64,000 nucleotides of DNA from Eledone cirrhosa (Eukaryota). Location: positions 32,984,001 through 33,048,000 of the forward strand of contig OZ024751.1 in the NCBI GenBank assembly GCA_964016885.1. Reading direction: 5' to 3'. A program made the position numbers and the translations under genes. The stretch's first letter is position 1, and the number at the start of each line of letters is the position of its first letter. The notes below the pieces were generated by a model. The model saw only the letters and a program-made list of their open reading frames with translations, searched no databases and had not been told where the DNA came from. This document shows, piece after piece, positions 1 to 13,899 of the stretch.

Positions 1-772
1 CCGCCTTGATAGTAATGAACTTTTAGTTGGGAATCACAAGGTTACACGTTTCCAAGGAGTGGATACATCGATTTAATCGACCGAGCTCCTTTCAGTATGG
101 CTATTTATCTTATCGACCCTCCGTTTGATGAAAAGGAAAACTTCATCCCAGTGGAGAATTAAAAACTCTGAACATAAACTATGTAATTTATGACTGCAGT
201 TATCGTGGCCGCGTACATTACTAATACTGATAGACCACTGACTGACACACACACACATATACACATATATATAAACACGCATATATATATATATACATAC
301 ACAGAAATATATACTCCACACACACACTCATATATGTATGTATATATATATATATATATATGCAGATTTTCGTTTTTCTATTTTATATGCAATATTATTG
401 ATGTGAAATCGTTTGTTGAAACATTATTATAAACTGGGAGGGACATGCTGGAAATAAGGTATAAACCTTCCCTCAATAGAAAACATGAATAAAATAAGGA
501 CACACCTTAATATAAGGACATGTAAATGCTGCATAAACAGACATAAACCCACCCCGGTCCTGAAAGACAGACGAGCATGAAAGTATTGCGAAGGTCGCAT
601 GATGTGTGACGAAAGAGATTTAACAATACAATATTACAATTAAACAACCATTTGTTAATTAAATAACCATTGTATGGATTACTTTCCTAGTTATTAATAA
701 AACTGAAATTATACTTAAGAGCTGTGTGAGTTTTATTGTCAGTATGACCCACCCATAGTATAATATATATGA

Positions 773-808
<36 letters not shown>

Positions 809-1549
809 TGTGCATGTGCGTACATATCCAGCCATGCATAGCTAAGTAGTACCGGATACGATCTCACAACGCTGCGCATTGAATTGGTGTCTTTTTCCAT
901 ACCCTCTGGATGATCAATATCTTTTGAAAGATGAATTTCGTAACGGAAACCACGTGTAAGCGCATTCTATATTTTACACACACAAATATATACATGCATA
1001 CATACATTCGTATGTATGTATGTATGTATGTATGTATGTATGTATGTATGTATGTATGTATGTATGTATGTATGTATGTATGTATGTATGTATGTATGTA
1101 TGTATGTATGTATGTACATATATATATATATGTGTGTGTGTGTGTCTGTGAGTGTGAACCTGACCTATATAAACTTGTGTAACGAACTGTAGTTTTTGTA
1201 GTTTATTTTTTCAGAAGTTACCAGAACCTTACAATAAACCGTGATCGATAAAACAAGATACTGACTGAAAAATACTATCAGGGTCGATATTATCTGACTA
1301 AAATATTTTAAGGGTACGCAACAGCGTGGCCCCAGTCCATTGAATGGGATATTACATTCATAAATGAGACTTAGCTGACATTCGAAGAAAAGAGGAATGT
1401 TAATTATAGATGAACAATCGAGTTAGGGACCCCTAAAAATGCCTCTACCAGGGTTCATACACACATATGTATACACACACACACACATTATGCACGTATG
1501 TATGTAGCTGCGTGTTTGTAGTTATCAAGTATTATTACAGTTAACTTAA

Positions 1550-1740
1550 GGGCGATGGAATTGGCAGTATCAGAGGGTCGGACGCCATGCTTTCCAGCAT
1601 AGTTACGTCCCTTTACGGTCTGAGTTCAAATCCCGCCAAGGTTCACTTTGCCTTTCATCCTTATGGGGTCGATAAAATAAAGTACCAGTAATGCACTGGG
1701 ATAATTGTTAGTCTTCTGCCAAAAATAGAAACAATTATTA
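1550..1740 (+). mobile_element. tRNA-derived SINE (Nin-type central domain), first unit of doublet
   Basis: A-box-like tggcagtatc, B-box gagttcaaatcc, core ctttgcctttcatcct...ggggtcgataaaataaagtaccag and (ATT)n tail; many copies in the window. Confidence 0.9.
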
Positions 1741-1746
1741 GTGCAC

Positions 1747-1934
1747 TGGATTGGCAGTATCGGTAGAGGGTCGGACGCCATGCTTAGACGCATAGAGTTA
1801 CGGCCCTTGCTATTCTGAGTTCAAATCCCGCCGAGGTTAACTTTGCCTTTCATCCATACGGGGTCGATAAAATAAAGTACCAGTAATGTACTGAGTAATT
1901 GCTGGCCTTGTGCCAAAAAGTAGAAACAATTATT
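1747..1934 (+). mobile_element. SINE, second unit of doublet
   Basis: Same consensus. TSD attattacagttaa at 1531-1544 and 1929-1942 brackets both units. Confidence 0.9.
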
Positions 1935-2590
1935 ACAGTTAATTGCATTGGCGCGACTATATTTTCACGTTATGTTTCAGTTGATCAGACCGATAAATGC
2001 TTATCGTCGAAACCGACGGAGGATCCAACGTATATCTACAAGAGCTGAACGTCTAAGAGCAGACTGAACACTAATTGTTGTTACAATAGTAGGAGTTCCA
2101 TAAAGATAGAGTTGTCGATATTGTTAGTTGTTGTTGTTGTTATTCGATGTAATGTGCAAGAAGACGACAGTTACACCTTTGGGAAAACACAAATAAAAAG
2201 TGGAGAACATTTCATATTACTCTGTCTCAATTAAGGAATTGGTATATTAAGATAATATCAGGAATTGATAAAAAAGAAAGTGATATACAAAACATAGCAA
2301 TATATATATATGGTCGCTGACAGAAATATTGGTCGAAGAAGTGGGTGTAATTTATAAGAAATACAGTCTGTGTATAGCCATTGTGGATAGAGATATTGTA
2401 GACGTTAGAAAGAATGTGTTCCTGCTGTGTGGACTAGAATCAAAGGTTAACGTGAAACTACTGAGCAAATCACCTCCAGACAAATCACAGACTTGTGTCA
2501 ATGAGACGGAATTTTTATTGAGGAATAACAAATATATATATATTTATATATACATGCATGCACACACATACATATAGATACACACACAAA

Positions 2591-2641
<51 letters not shown>

Positions 2642-2691
2642 AGAGGGGTAGATTAGGAGTATAAAGAGCATAACAAAAATAAATGGATTCA

Positions 2692-2878
2692 TAATTGTTT
2701 CTACTTTTGGCACAAGGCCTGCAATTATCCCAGTGCATTACTGGTACTTTATTTTATCGACCCCGTAAGGATGAAAGGCAAAGTTAACCTCGGCGGGATT
2801 TGAACTCAGATCATACAGGGAGGTAACTATGCTTCAAAGCATGGTGTCCGACCCTCTACCGATACTGCCAATCCACCG
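2692..2878 (-). mobile_element. SINE, full length
   Basis: Reverse complement of the consensus. Confidence 0.9.
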
Positions 2879-2885
2879 ACCCATG

Positions 2886-3110
2886 ATAATAATATCTTCT
2901 AATATTAGCAGAAGGCCAGTGATTTGGAGTGTGTAGGGTGGGGAGACTATTATAAAGACCCCATTACTTAACTGGTACTTTATTTTATAGACTCTGAAAG
3001 GATGAAAGGGAAAGTTGTCTGAGGCGGGATTTGAAATCAGAACGCTGAAGATCGCTACTAAATCTAATGACTTTCATCCGACCTGCTAACATGTTAGCCA
3101 CGCCACCACT
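2886..3110 (-). mobile_element. Older, long-variant SINE
   Basis: Diverged actggtactttattttatagac...gatgaaaggg...gcgggatttgaa. Confidence 0.7.
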
Positions 3111-3545
3111 GTAGCAGTAGTAGCAGCAGTAGTAGTAGTAGCAGTAGTAGCAGCACAGTAGTAGTAGTATCAGCATCAGTAATAGTAGTAGTAGTAGCAA
3201 TAGTAGTAGTAGCAGTAGTAGCAGCAGCAGCAGTAGCAGTCGTAGCAGCAGCAATAGCAGCAGCATAGTAGTAGTAGTAGTAATAGCAGTAGCAGCAGCA
3301 GCAGTAGCAGTCGTAGCAGCAGCAATAGCAGCAGCAGTAGTGGTAAAAGTTTGTGCGCACGCCTGCGTGTTCCTGTAGGCGCGTGCATGTCTGTCTATTT
3401 GTACCTCTCCAGACGGAAGTTTTTGCTAAGAACTCGGAAGGTCGACTCTACTACTTCTACTACCACCACTACCACTACTACCACCACTACCACTACCACT
3501 ACTACCACCACTACCACTACTACCACCACTACTACTGCTACTGCC
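3110..3545. repeat. (TAG/CAG)n and (CTA/CCA)n trinucleotide tracts
   Basis: Direct reading; the two tracts are in opposite orientation around a ~105-bp spacer. Confidence 0.9.
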
Positions 3546-4384
3546 GTTTGCTGCCCTACCTTTACCTATGATATCTACCCTTTCTTTTCCTTCCCATTCT
3601 GATATTGTTTATTGTCCTCACCTCTGTCGGTTTCTCCCCCTCTCTCTCTCTTCCCCCTCCCTCTCACACATTCTATTATGTCTCCTATTTCTCTTCTCTT
3701 TCCTCTATCCCCTCCATCCCCCATTGCTAATCACTTAATATTTCGCTTGATTCTTCACCATCAACCCCACCCTCCTCATTTTCCATCTTCTCCACTCCAC
3801 TTTGTCTTCCCCTTCTTGCTCACCCTCACATGTCTTACCTCTCTACCAACCACCCTATCCTCCATTTCTTATCTCTCCCTTCCTGTCTATCTTACTTACT
3901 CTTCTCTGTATCTCTTTCTCTCTTATTCGTATTCTATCTTTCTCTGACTCATCCTGCTTCTATATGTAAGTCCCTCTCACCCCTACCCCCACCACCATCC
4001 TCTGCCCCTCCCTCTCTCCTCCCTCCACCCCTACCTCTTCCCTAATCCTACTCTATACACCAAACTCTCCCACCTCCAGCTCTCGCTCTCTACATCATCA
4101 TTACCGTTATGCCGTTAGAACAACGGAAGCAAAAAAACAAAACCTAACAGAAAACATCAACAACAAACATCTAGACATTATTTCGCCTGCCATTGTTTAA
4201 CAAAGGAAGAATAATGGAAAAAAAATTACTATTGTAAATTAGGTGAAGGGGAACTCCAGTATGGTCTTAGCTGCAATATCGAAAACAACCTAAAGTCTAA
4301 AAAGGTAAAAATATAGACTTTTAAGAAACTGGGAAACTGCAGTCAAAGTGACGACTCCACTTCACTCTCTATCCCCCACTCCCT

Positions 4385-4428
<44 letters not shown>

Positions 4429-4578
4429 TATATTTATTTAATGGCTAAGTGGTGAGCCTTGTTACTATGGAGATCCAACACTTAGTTTTTAAACTCTACT
4501 TCGGTATTGAGTACTTTTTCTCACGTCCCTCAATAACACACATACACACGCACACACACACACGCACACACACGCACA

Positions 4579-4748
4579 CCTATACACACACACACATATA
4601 TATGTAGTACATTGGAGTTGAACTTTCAGTTATGTAACAGACATACATACACACGGACACCTATACACACATACATACACACGGACACCTATACACACAC
4701 ACATATATATGTAGTACATTGGAGTTGTACTTTCAGTTATGTAACAGA
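4579..4748. repeat. Local ~60-bp direct duplication
   Basis: cctatacacacac...gtagtacattggagttg(a/t)actttcagttatgtaacaga at 4579-4641 and 4688-4748. Confidence 0.9.
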
Positions 4749-4882
4749 AGTAAAAAAACCTGAGGTAGTCCCTATACAGTTGATGGTGCTAGAAACATTG
4801 GTAGAAGTGTAGACATAATTATGATTTTACAGTGATTTTAGAGGGAAACACCAGGAAACGAATACCAAAGGGAAGAGAATCT

Positions 4883-4972
<90 letters not shown>

Positions 4973-6770
4973 TATATATATATATATGACATATATATAC
5001 ACATGTTAATTCTGAAAGGAATAATGAGAAAGGAATCGACTCCAGTACATGATGGGAAATATATTTAAGAGTGTAAATGTGAAAAACGAAGTTGAAGTTT
5101 GTGGGATCTGAGCTCAGAACTCAGGTCACATTTTATATCTAGAACTACATTATTTATGACTTCATTTGTTTAAACTATTAGAATATAATTGGATGAACAG
5201 TTATTCCTTGCTTAACGATGTATAAGTTTCTTTGTTAGCAGGATAATTACATGACATTCTTTAAATGTGTATTTGTGATATACTAAGGTTTTAGTCGATG
5301 CGTTGACCAAATTTAACATGAAAATTATTCCTGGTTTTGATTTAAAGGAATGAAGACTGCAAGGTGAAAACGTGTTATAGGAATTAGTTTCAGGGTTATA
5401 ATTTTCATACATTGTAAAAGAAAGTTGAGAACACATAGGTAGTAATAAAACCAAAAATATGGAGTGTTCTGTAGGAAAACTCGTATCTTCTTTTACAAAA
5501 TGAGTAAATTTGCATCGTTAACTACCGGAGAAAGCTCTGTTGGTAGCATACTAATGGATTTTTTGTGATGGAGGACTGTAATAATGTGTGCGTTTTTTTC
5601 TTGTTTTCAGCTGAAATAGAATCTTCCTTCAATACATCTAGCAAATATTTTCATAAATGTATATAAGCGTTATATTTCTATTTTTTTAAAAAGTATTATT
5701 TATCTTGAGAGCGGACCAGGCATTTCAACGGTTACATGTGTAATATCTATTACTGTATCTGAAGAATAATTTCTACAGCAATATGATACCTGCCCCATCC
5801 AAGTTATTTAATCCCTATCTTTATAATAAGACCTACTCTCCAGCTTTTAGGAACGGGCAAATATATTCGCTCCGATATCTCAGAATAATCTTGCTCAACT
5901 TACCTTATAACTCAGTCGCCTATCTTGTTTCAAAGCCATAGAAATTATAATTGTCAATCAAAAAAAGTAGTTCTGCTGTAATAGATATTAGGTTCTATTA
6001 CTGTAATAACAGTGTTAAGTAGCTCAGCTATAATAACAACAGATGTGATGGCTGTAATGGAAGCAAGCAATTGATACTTTTTCAAATATCCATGAAAATT
6101 ATAATAATTTGGCCCGATTATATACCATGCAATAGATACTTAATACATAGATACGCATATACAATATATACACATGTATATATGTATGCATGTGTATTTG
6201 TATTAGTATATAAATGTTTGTGTGTGTGTGTGGTCTAAGAATTTGGTTCCGAATTTCATTTTGCAATTATCAGATCCAGGCAAATTGAGCAAACATATTT
6301 CCCCATAACCTCGGGTGAACCCAAGCCTTGTCAGTGACATTGTTTAGGTAGAAACTGTATTTAAAACGATTTTCATTCGTTTTCATAATTGCGTTCAACT
6401 GCTTTGAAATCAAACCAAATCAATAAATTAAAAAAATAAATAAATGGATAAATGATTAAATAACAAAGATAAAAGAAAGAAAGAAATGAAAAATAAATGA
6501 ATTGTGGAACTTTGAAATTTGAAAATGTGTTAATCACCATGCGGATAGCTATACATAATAGTTGGATAAATTCGAGGTTTGAACCCCGCAAATGTTTCTA
6601 TCTAATTTTGTCCGGATCGAGACATATTTCATCAGACGTATTCAACTAATATTTTTAGTTAACAACTATTAATTGTAGTTATCTGCATTGAGGCTAACAT
6701 ACTCTTAAATTTCATATAAATAACTATGAATGGTTAATACATACATATAAATCAGGATGGATTCATTACT

Positions 6771-7030
6771 CACCAGAGTACTCGAAACTTGGGGTAGTAG
6801 AGTATGGTTCTATTCAGTGGTAGTTCTATTCAGTCGCTACAGAACTGCAACACCCTCTATTTCCATTCGATATTATCGATAACATTCAATATAATCAGTA
6901 AATATTTTAAACTATGGTTAAACATTTCTGACATTTCCCACTAATTTTAGTTACGACCCATCACTGCTTATATTATAAAGAGTCGGGACCCCAGCGGCCA
7001 AGCTCGTGCCGTTTCAACAGCTAGTTCCAA
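6771..7030 (-). mobile_element. Old, interrupted family-B copy
   Basis: 6980-7030 (gggaccccagcggccaagctcgtgccgtttcaacagctagttc) and 6771-6815 (caccagagtactcgaaacttggggtagtagagt) resemble the reverse complement of the family-B arm and tail. Confidence 0.55.
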
Positions 7031-7975
7031 TAAACATAAGCTTATGGAATTTCTATCAACGAGAATATTCATTACTGCACGGATTGAAAAGGTGACAAAT
7101 AGCCAATCAAATTAATGAATGGACCACATTGACACGTGGTTTATTTTCATAGTCCGTCGAACCCCTCTTTTCTTCTGTCCATCTTAGATTTTGTATTACG
7201 TCGCACCATGACTTCGTATTCAGTTCACGATCGTAAGGTTGTGATTTCTATTCCCGGCAACGCGCTGTGTTCTTCAGCAAGACACTTCATTTCTCATTGC
7301 TCCTGTCCACTTTCTATAGAAATAAAACTGAAATAAGTATTAGTGTCGACAGAATAAACAAAACACTTGAAGTCGATGCCCCAGCTTGAACAGAGTTCAA
7401 TTATTGAAACCATAAAAGAATAAATGAATATTTTGTTGTGAAATTTAAAAAACTAAATTAATTTTGTCTGGTTGATTATAATCCTGTGTCTTGTATGGGA
7501 GAACCGTTATTTGTCCTCTCAATAAACACCCAACACGTGTGGTGTCATGAAACTTTAATTTTACATGCTATTGCAAGTAGCTGGATTTACTGTCAGTCTC
7601 TACAGTTGTTGACAGTCGCTAAATTTTCCTCAGAAAAAAATAAAATAATATTTGGACAGCAAGTATAACAAAATACATTTCTTTCTTAATTCGAAGAAGA
7701 TTATCTCGTTTCTCAGATGATTACCAACGATACCTTAGTGGATAATAATGACACAATCTCCTTAGTTACAGCTTTTTATTTCAGAGAGTATTAGAAACCT
7801 TGAAACTGATGGTTTGATGAATAAATGAAAGGTTTTGTACTAATAGTAAGTTGGGGGAATAAGGACATTAACTCTAGGATATTTCTATATTTGGTAGGTA
7901 TGGAATAAAGCATCTCCATGGTCCTAACAAGTCCTCTCACACGGGAGAGATTGGTGTCTGGAAGGTGAAAAGGAA

Positions 7976-8430
7976 AACGTCTCCATGGTAAAAAGTCTAC
8001 TTGGTAAAAAGTCTCCATGGTAAAAGGTATCCATGGTAAAAAGTCTCCATGGTAAAAAGTCTCTATGGTAAAAGGTCTCCGTAGTAAAAGGTCTCCATGG
8101 TAAAAGTCTCCATGGTAAAAGGTCTCCATGGTAAAAAGTCTCCATGGTAAAAAGTGTCCATGGTAAAAAGTCTCTATGGTAAAAGGTCTCCGTAGTAAAA
8201 GGTTTCCATGGTAAAAAGTCTCTATGGTAAAAGGTCTCCGTAGTAAAAGGTCTCCGTAGTAAAAAGTCTCTATGGTAAAAGGTCTCCGTGGTAAAAGGTC
8301 TCCATGGTAAAAAGTCTCCATGGTAAAAAGTCTCCCTGGTAAAAGTCTCCAAGGTAAAAAGTTTCAATGGTAAAACGTCTCCATGGTAAAAAGTCTCCAT
8401 GGTAAAATGTCTCCATTGGAAAAAGTCTCC
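7976..8430. repeat. Minisatellite, 15-16-bp unit ctccatggtaaaa(a/g)gt, about 28 units
   Basis: Direct reading; explains ORFs 7791-8321 and 7924-8502. Confidence 0.95.
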
Positions 8431-8938
8431 AAGCCCTTCGAAACAAGAGAGATTGATGCGTGGTATGGATAGAGTAAGAGGCACGTCTCGAGGCCTTAAC
8501 AACTAAGATTCTCTCTCAAATCAATCATAGAACACAGTCTTAAAAAAACAAAATGATGTTAAAATATGGTTCTAGATACACTAGACAAGATAGTCATATT
8601 TTGAACTCTTTAAATTATAAGTCTTACCAATTTAAGCTAAGGTTGTGTAAATTATAACAAAGATAGTGATCATGTTTTTTACAATGATTCTCAATATTCT
8701 CAATATTTGACAATCAATTATACCGAGTCAATTGAAGTCAAATATATTTTGTATTGATTATACATGTAAATCGTGTTACATTATAGTAACACTAATATTT
8801 TAGTCGCTAACTGGTAATATCATAATATACTGGCGGACGATACAGATTTACTTTTTTCTATGGTAACATTCTCTCATTAAGTGTGTGTAGAATGTTCATT
8901 ATGGAAGTGAATATGATCACTTATGTCATTACAGTTAG

Positions 8939-9041
<103 letters not shown>

Positions 9042-9080
9042 TTCAAAATATTAATAAATATAGACATTCATGTAATCAAA

Positions 9081-9150
9081 TATATTTTATTATATATATT
9101 TCGGAGGTACTGTGCTGTTTCCTCAGTACGTCCTCATCAGATAAAATATA
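9081..9150 (-). ncRNA. Minimal type-I hammerhead ribozyme
   Basis: Minus strand reads tatattttat-CTGATGA-GGACGTACTG(aggaaacagca)CAGTACCTCC-GAAA-TATATA-TA-ataaaatata. It has a perfect 10-bp stem I, an intact CUGAUGA/GAAA core, a 9/10-bp stem II, a palindromic stem III and an AUA cleavage triplet, and lies about 40 bp from a (CA)n(TA)n tract. Confidence 0.88.
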
Positions 9151-9741
9151 TAAATTGATGTATGACATACCTCAACTGTGCTGATGGTTCAATTCCAGTC
9201 TTGGCAGTGGTTATATATATATATTTAATATATATATATATATGACTTCTCCACCTACCTCCTTCCAGCCTTCCAATTTGTTTATATTGTTTTTGTAAAA
9301 TCGATTTTCTTTCATATATTTATTTGTGTGCATCTGTGTGTATGTGTAAATATATATGTATGCGTGAAAGCTATTGTGTGTAGGAGGTGTATATACAACT
9401 GGCCTAGATGTACTTATGTTCCTGAGTATATTACAAAACCTTTTCCGACAACACTACATCTTGCGACCTTTCTTTGCTGGAATACAGTTGACATGTTGAT
9501 AGGTTTGGAAATATCACAGATAAGAGCGCTGATCACTTATCTTTCCATTCCATAATGAATATGTATTCAGATAATGTCTACTCTTGAAAAGGATATATTA
9601 TTGTCACTTGATTTACTGCATGTATTCTAATTTTGTTTGTAAATTTATTTGTAAATTTGAATTTCTACTAACGCTTTAACGGCCATTGTTTGTGTGTGTT
9701 GATGCGTGTATATTTATATGTAGGTACACATACACACACAT

Positions 9742-9865
<124 letters not shown>

Positions 9866-11129
9866 GTATGTATATGCATATATGTTTTCATTCTGATAAT
9901 AGCTCATGATGTTTTTATGCTGTTTTATTGGAATGACAATCTCTTTCTCTCTCTCTCTGTTTCGGTCTTTCTTTCTCTCTGTTTACCCCCCCCCCTCTCT
10001 CTCTCCCTCTTTTATTCTTTTTCTCTCTATTGATTTATTGATTTAGTAACAAAAGTAAAAGTTCAACATTGAAATACACTTGTTTCTCCAGTACAAAGTA
10101 CTATTCGAAAAATGGAGGTTAAGCTGTTGTCAGCAGTGATAAGATGGAAGTAGCTACATCAACAGAAAGCTATTAGTCAAACATCGATTTCACTCAGTAA
10201 TCGGTCCCAGTCTGTGTGTAATAGTTATAGTGAAAGTAAATCGAAAACAGTTTGGTTCGCTTGAATCATTCGCTCCGACGCCTATGAAGCAAATACTAGT
10301 CTTTTTTCCTACTAAGGCACACGACGATCACATTGCTTGCTCAGTTGCTTTTAAGGAAATACTAGCACTACAGGAATATCTACATTTATTTTTACATTAG
10401 TCCCATTCTGTTGACATCTACTTGGTTTATATTAAAGTGAATGAAAACAAGCTTTATAAAAACTAACGAAAAACACAGGAAAAACCGTTGATAAGCTGTT
10501 GTAACATTCCAGTATTCACATGGAAACAATTGTGTCCCTATTGACGTCATAAAAAAGCAGACGAGAAAAGCTTGAATGAAATCTGCCGGTTTCTGATGAC
10601 ATTGACGACGTTGTGTTGAGAGCCACACGAAGCATGGTAGGAGAGAGAGGGGGTAGAGATGCAAGCTAACCCACCTAACAGCTAACCAACAACCCTGCCA
10701 ATATGTCATCGTTACAAAATCCGGTTATTGGGATACAATTACAGACATCGAAAATTAATTATAGCTTTAATTATAATCACGTGACGTAATCCCGTTTGTG
10801 TAGAGATTTGTTCTCGTTTTTTTTTCAGGCCTGAGTCAGCTCTGATCACTGTGACATAGAATCAAATCTATTCTAATCAATACTATTGCTTCTTGTTTCT
10901 CTATCATTGGTTAAATTGACTTTTGTGTCATTTCTACATTTTAAACGGTAGCTGTAAGTTATTTCCTCTCAAGGAAACCTGTGCCGTGTACTCTACATAT
11001 AAGTAGAGTTCTAATGAAGCAGAAGGGAAGTTGGAATATCTCGAGGTCGTGTTCACGAGATATGGAAGGCAATAGGCTGAATTAAGAGCAAGAATATTGC
11101 AAGTGCTGTTGCAGTGATGTGCTAGATTT

Positions 11130-11455
11130 AGCATTCAGTAACAAAGGAAGGAAAGTAGGTGTAAAAGCCAAACACATTATCTTCAGTTCCGTATTCCTGC
11201 CAACACTTATCTATGACCGAATAAGTACGATCACAGATACATATTTTACCGGCAAAACCAACCACCAAGAGACCCAGGGGTAGACTCCGAGAAAGATGGT
11301 TGGATAATATTCATGACTTCAGCTGGTAATGCTTGTAGACCCAGCCGGATCAATTGGAGACGGTTGATTCTGAGAAGCCAAAGAAAATCACGCCTGAGAA
11401 CTCTGCCCTCACGACCTTCCCAGGAACAAGTGGGCAAAGAGGAAGAAAGAATGGT
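11130..11455 (+). mobile_element. Degenerate RTE-like 3' end
   Basis: SVFLPTLIY (11186-11215), then AKPTTKRPRGRLRERWLDNIHDFSW, ending in a gaggaagaaagaat tail-like sequence. Confidence 0.65.
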
Positions 11456-11789
11456 ATAATTTCATGTGGATTTGATTGCTATTTTGAGAAGGTCGAGTGA
11501 CCAGACCATGTACTGGCAGTCTCGTTAGCTTCTGTTATGTTTATGTAAATACACATACAATTGGTCTTGATGCGAACATTGATTTTTGTTAAAGCGTATG
11601 TCAATGAAAACAACTTGACCAATAACAGATCAATGACAGAATTTAATGACTTTCAACTCTACTGAAGCCTATAAATAGTCAATGGATATCCATCGGTTTC
11701 CACGATGAATATTCCAATTGTCCGCTTAACGAAACAACTTCCTAATTGAATTAGTGTATAGGTGGCTGACCTTTGGGATGGACTTCCAA

Positions 11790-11925
11790 ACAATTTCCAT
11801 CTGCTCCATTTCACTCTGAAAGCTTTTATCGATCTAAGGCTATGGTAAAAATACATTTGTCCAAGCTGACATGCAGTTGGATCGAACCTGGGACCTCGTT
11901 ATTGCGAAGGGAGCTTATTAAAGAT
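11790..11925 (-). mobile_element. Old tRNA-headed SINE of a third type
   Basis: B-box ggttcgatcc on minus (ggatcgaacc at 11879-11888); related diverged pieces at 6225-6360, 39080-39155 and 40730-40820. Confidence 0.45.
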
Positions 11926-13361
11926 CCATATGCTACAGGTAGTCCCTGACGTAAGAGTATGTACTTTATTCACTTAACATTCTTTACAGAGTATAACGGT
12001 GATTGTTGGTGATCATTAACTAAGATCAATCTATCATTTAACCACACCACTTATGATCAAGTCGAGGGTCAGCTGAAAATGTCATAGGCTGACTATGAAG
12101 GAGTGATGCTAGAGCTGTGAAATCTTGCATGCAGTAATTTCAACTCTTCTTATTATTAACTGCATTGCTACTTTCCAGGGACTATGTTAAACAATAAACC
12201 TCATTTGATCATCCCATGAGAGTATCTTGGTCAGCCTATGAACCTTTCAGCCTATGAATGTTTCACCTAACCCTCGTATATATGGTAAAAGATGAAAGGC
12301 TTGAGATGGAGATCGCAGATTGGGAATTGGAGGAAGATACCGGACAAAATCAAAGAGACTGAATGTTTACATCTTGTAACTGGTGCCAGAACGTCTCTCT
12401 GGGGTCAAAATACTTCATGATTAGAACATTACTTAATCACTTCCTTGAATATAGGTAAGAACAGGAATAATTCAAAACACAATGATCAAAACCGATTGAT
12501 CCGATCCTCAAACCAAGTCGTACAAAAACTCTCGCACGCCGAATTTCATACTATAGTTAAATATATAAGTCCGTAGTGTAGGTAAGTAGGTATAGAAATC
12601 AGAAGATATTGTAGGTAAATATATATAGATAAATCGATATTGTAGGTAAATATATATAGATATAGGACCGTTATGTAGGTAAGTAAGTATAGATATAAGA
12701 CTAGTATATCTCTCTCTATATATATACATATAAGTCCGTTTTATTAATTCGTCGCTTATTAAAGTGTGATAAGTTAGTCAAACGTTTTGTCCATAAACTA
12801 TGTCGTATAAATATAGTCAACTCGGACACAAAATCGAACTATGATGTCATTCTTTCAAGCAATCACTTTCCCTCTATCACTCTCTGCCTTTCTGTCTGTC
12901 CCTCTCACGCACAGAAAAATACAAACACATATACACAGAACCACACACAGACACAGAAACATACACAGACACACAGAAAGAAACCTACACACACACGCAC
13001 ACACACACACACAGAGAAGCATACACAGACACAGTCACATCATTTTACTCTCTTTCTATCTAACTAACCTTCCATCATGTTCAGTGATTTCCTCCAAATG
13101 ATTCATTTGATTAGAGCACACTGTAAAATTCTTCGTAAAATTGTTACCGCAGACATTTTATAAGATTTTTAGTTAGATATGTGGAAACATTAGATATATA
13201 TATATATAGTAGTGTGCTGTGTGTGTACCAATTCTATTATGTCTGACTAAACTCCATTTCCTTTTGTTAATAATCCAAGATTAGAATTTGCAGCAGCGTT
13301 ATTACGACCGATATATTAAACATTTTCTTTGCCACCCTTTTTCTCCCTCCCTCGCTATATA

Positions 13362-13415
<54 letters not shown>

Positions 13416-13426
13416 CACATATATAC

Positions 13427-13459
<33 letters not shown>

Positions 13460-13505
13460 TATATGTATATATGTATATATATATACACACATATATATAT
13501 ATATA

Positions 13506-13564
<59 letters not shown>

Positions 13565-13899
13565 GTGTGTGTGTCTGTGTATGTACGTGTGTGTGTATGC
13601 GAAAAGGAAATGAAAAAAAAAACAGACGATGAAGTACAATGAAGTTATATATTAGTTCCATGCTTAATATAGTAGGACAAGTCTTAACGTTTCGGATGCA
13701 AGTTTTTCACCAGAAAATAGAATGTGAAATTATAGAAGAAATAGAAATATAGAGGAGAGCGAACAGGAGTAGAAACGAAAGAAAATCTATTTATTTCGCC
13801 AGCTCTTGGGAAACTATAGATAGGAGGGTTTATGGCGCACACATTTCAGCTAGACGTTCTTAGGACATCATTCTAGGAGATGGAAAACTTAGATGTCAA

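Noticed and set aside
1550-1640. tRNA gene
   Set aside because: A/B boxes are present but there is no cloverleaf; this is the SINE head, repeated many times.
4760-4806. ctgagg...gaaacattggta hammerhead-like relic (also 39910-39975 minus, 922-960, 1981-2020)
   Set aside because: The core box is incomplete and stem I is unsupported; too degenerate to call.
7791-8502. Two repetitive ORFs, and a CRISPR-like appearance
   Set aside because: Contiguous tandem units with no unique spacers, in a eukaryotic context.
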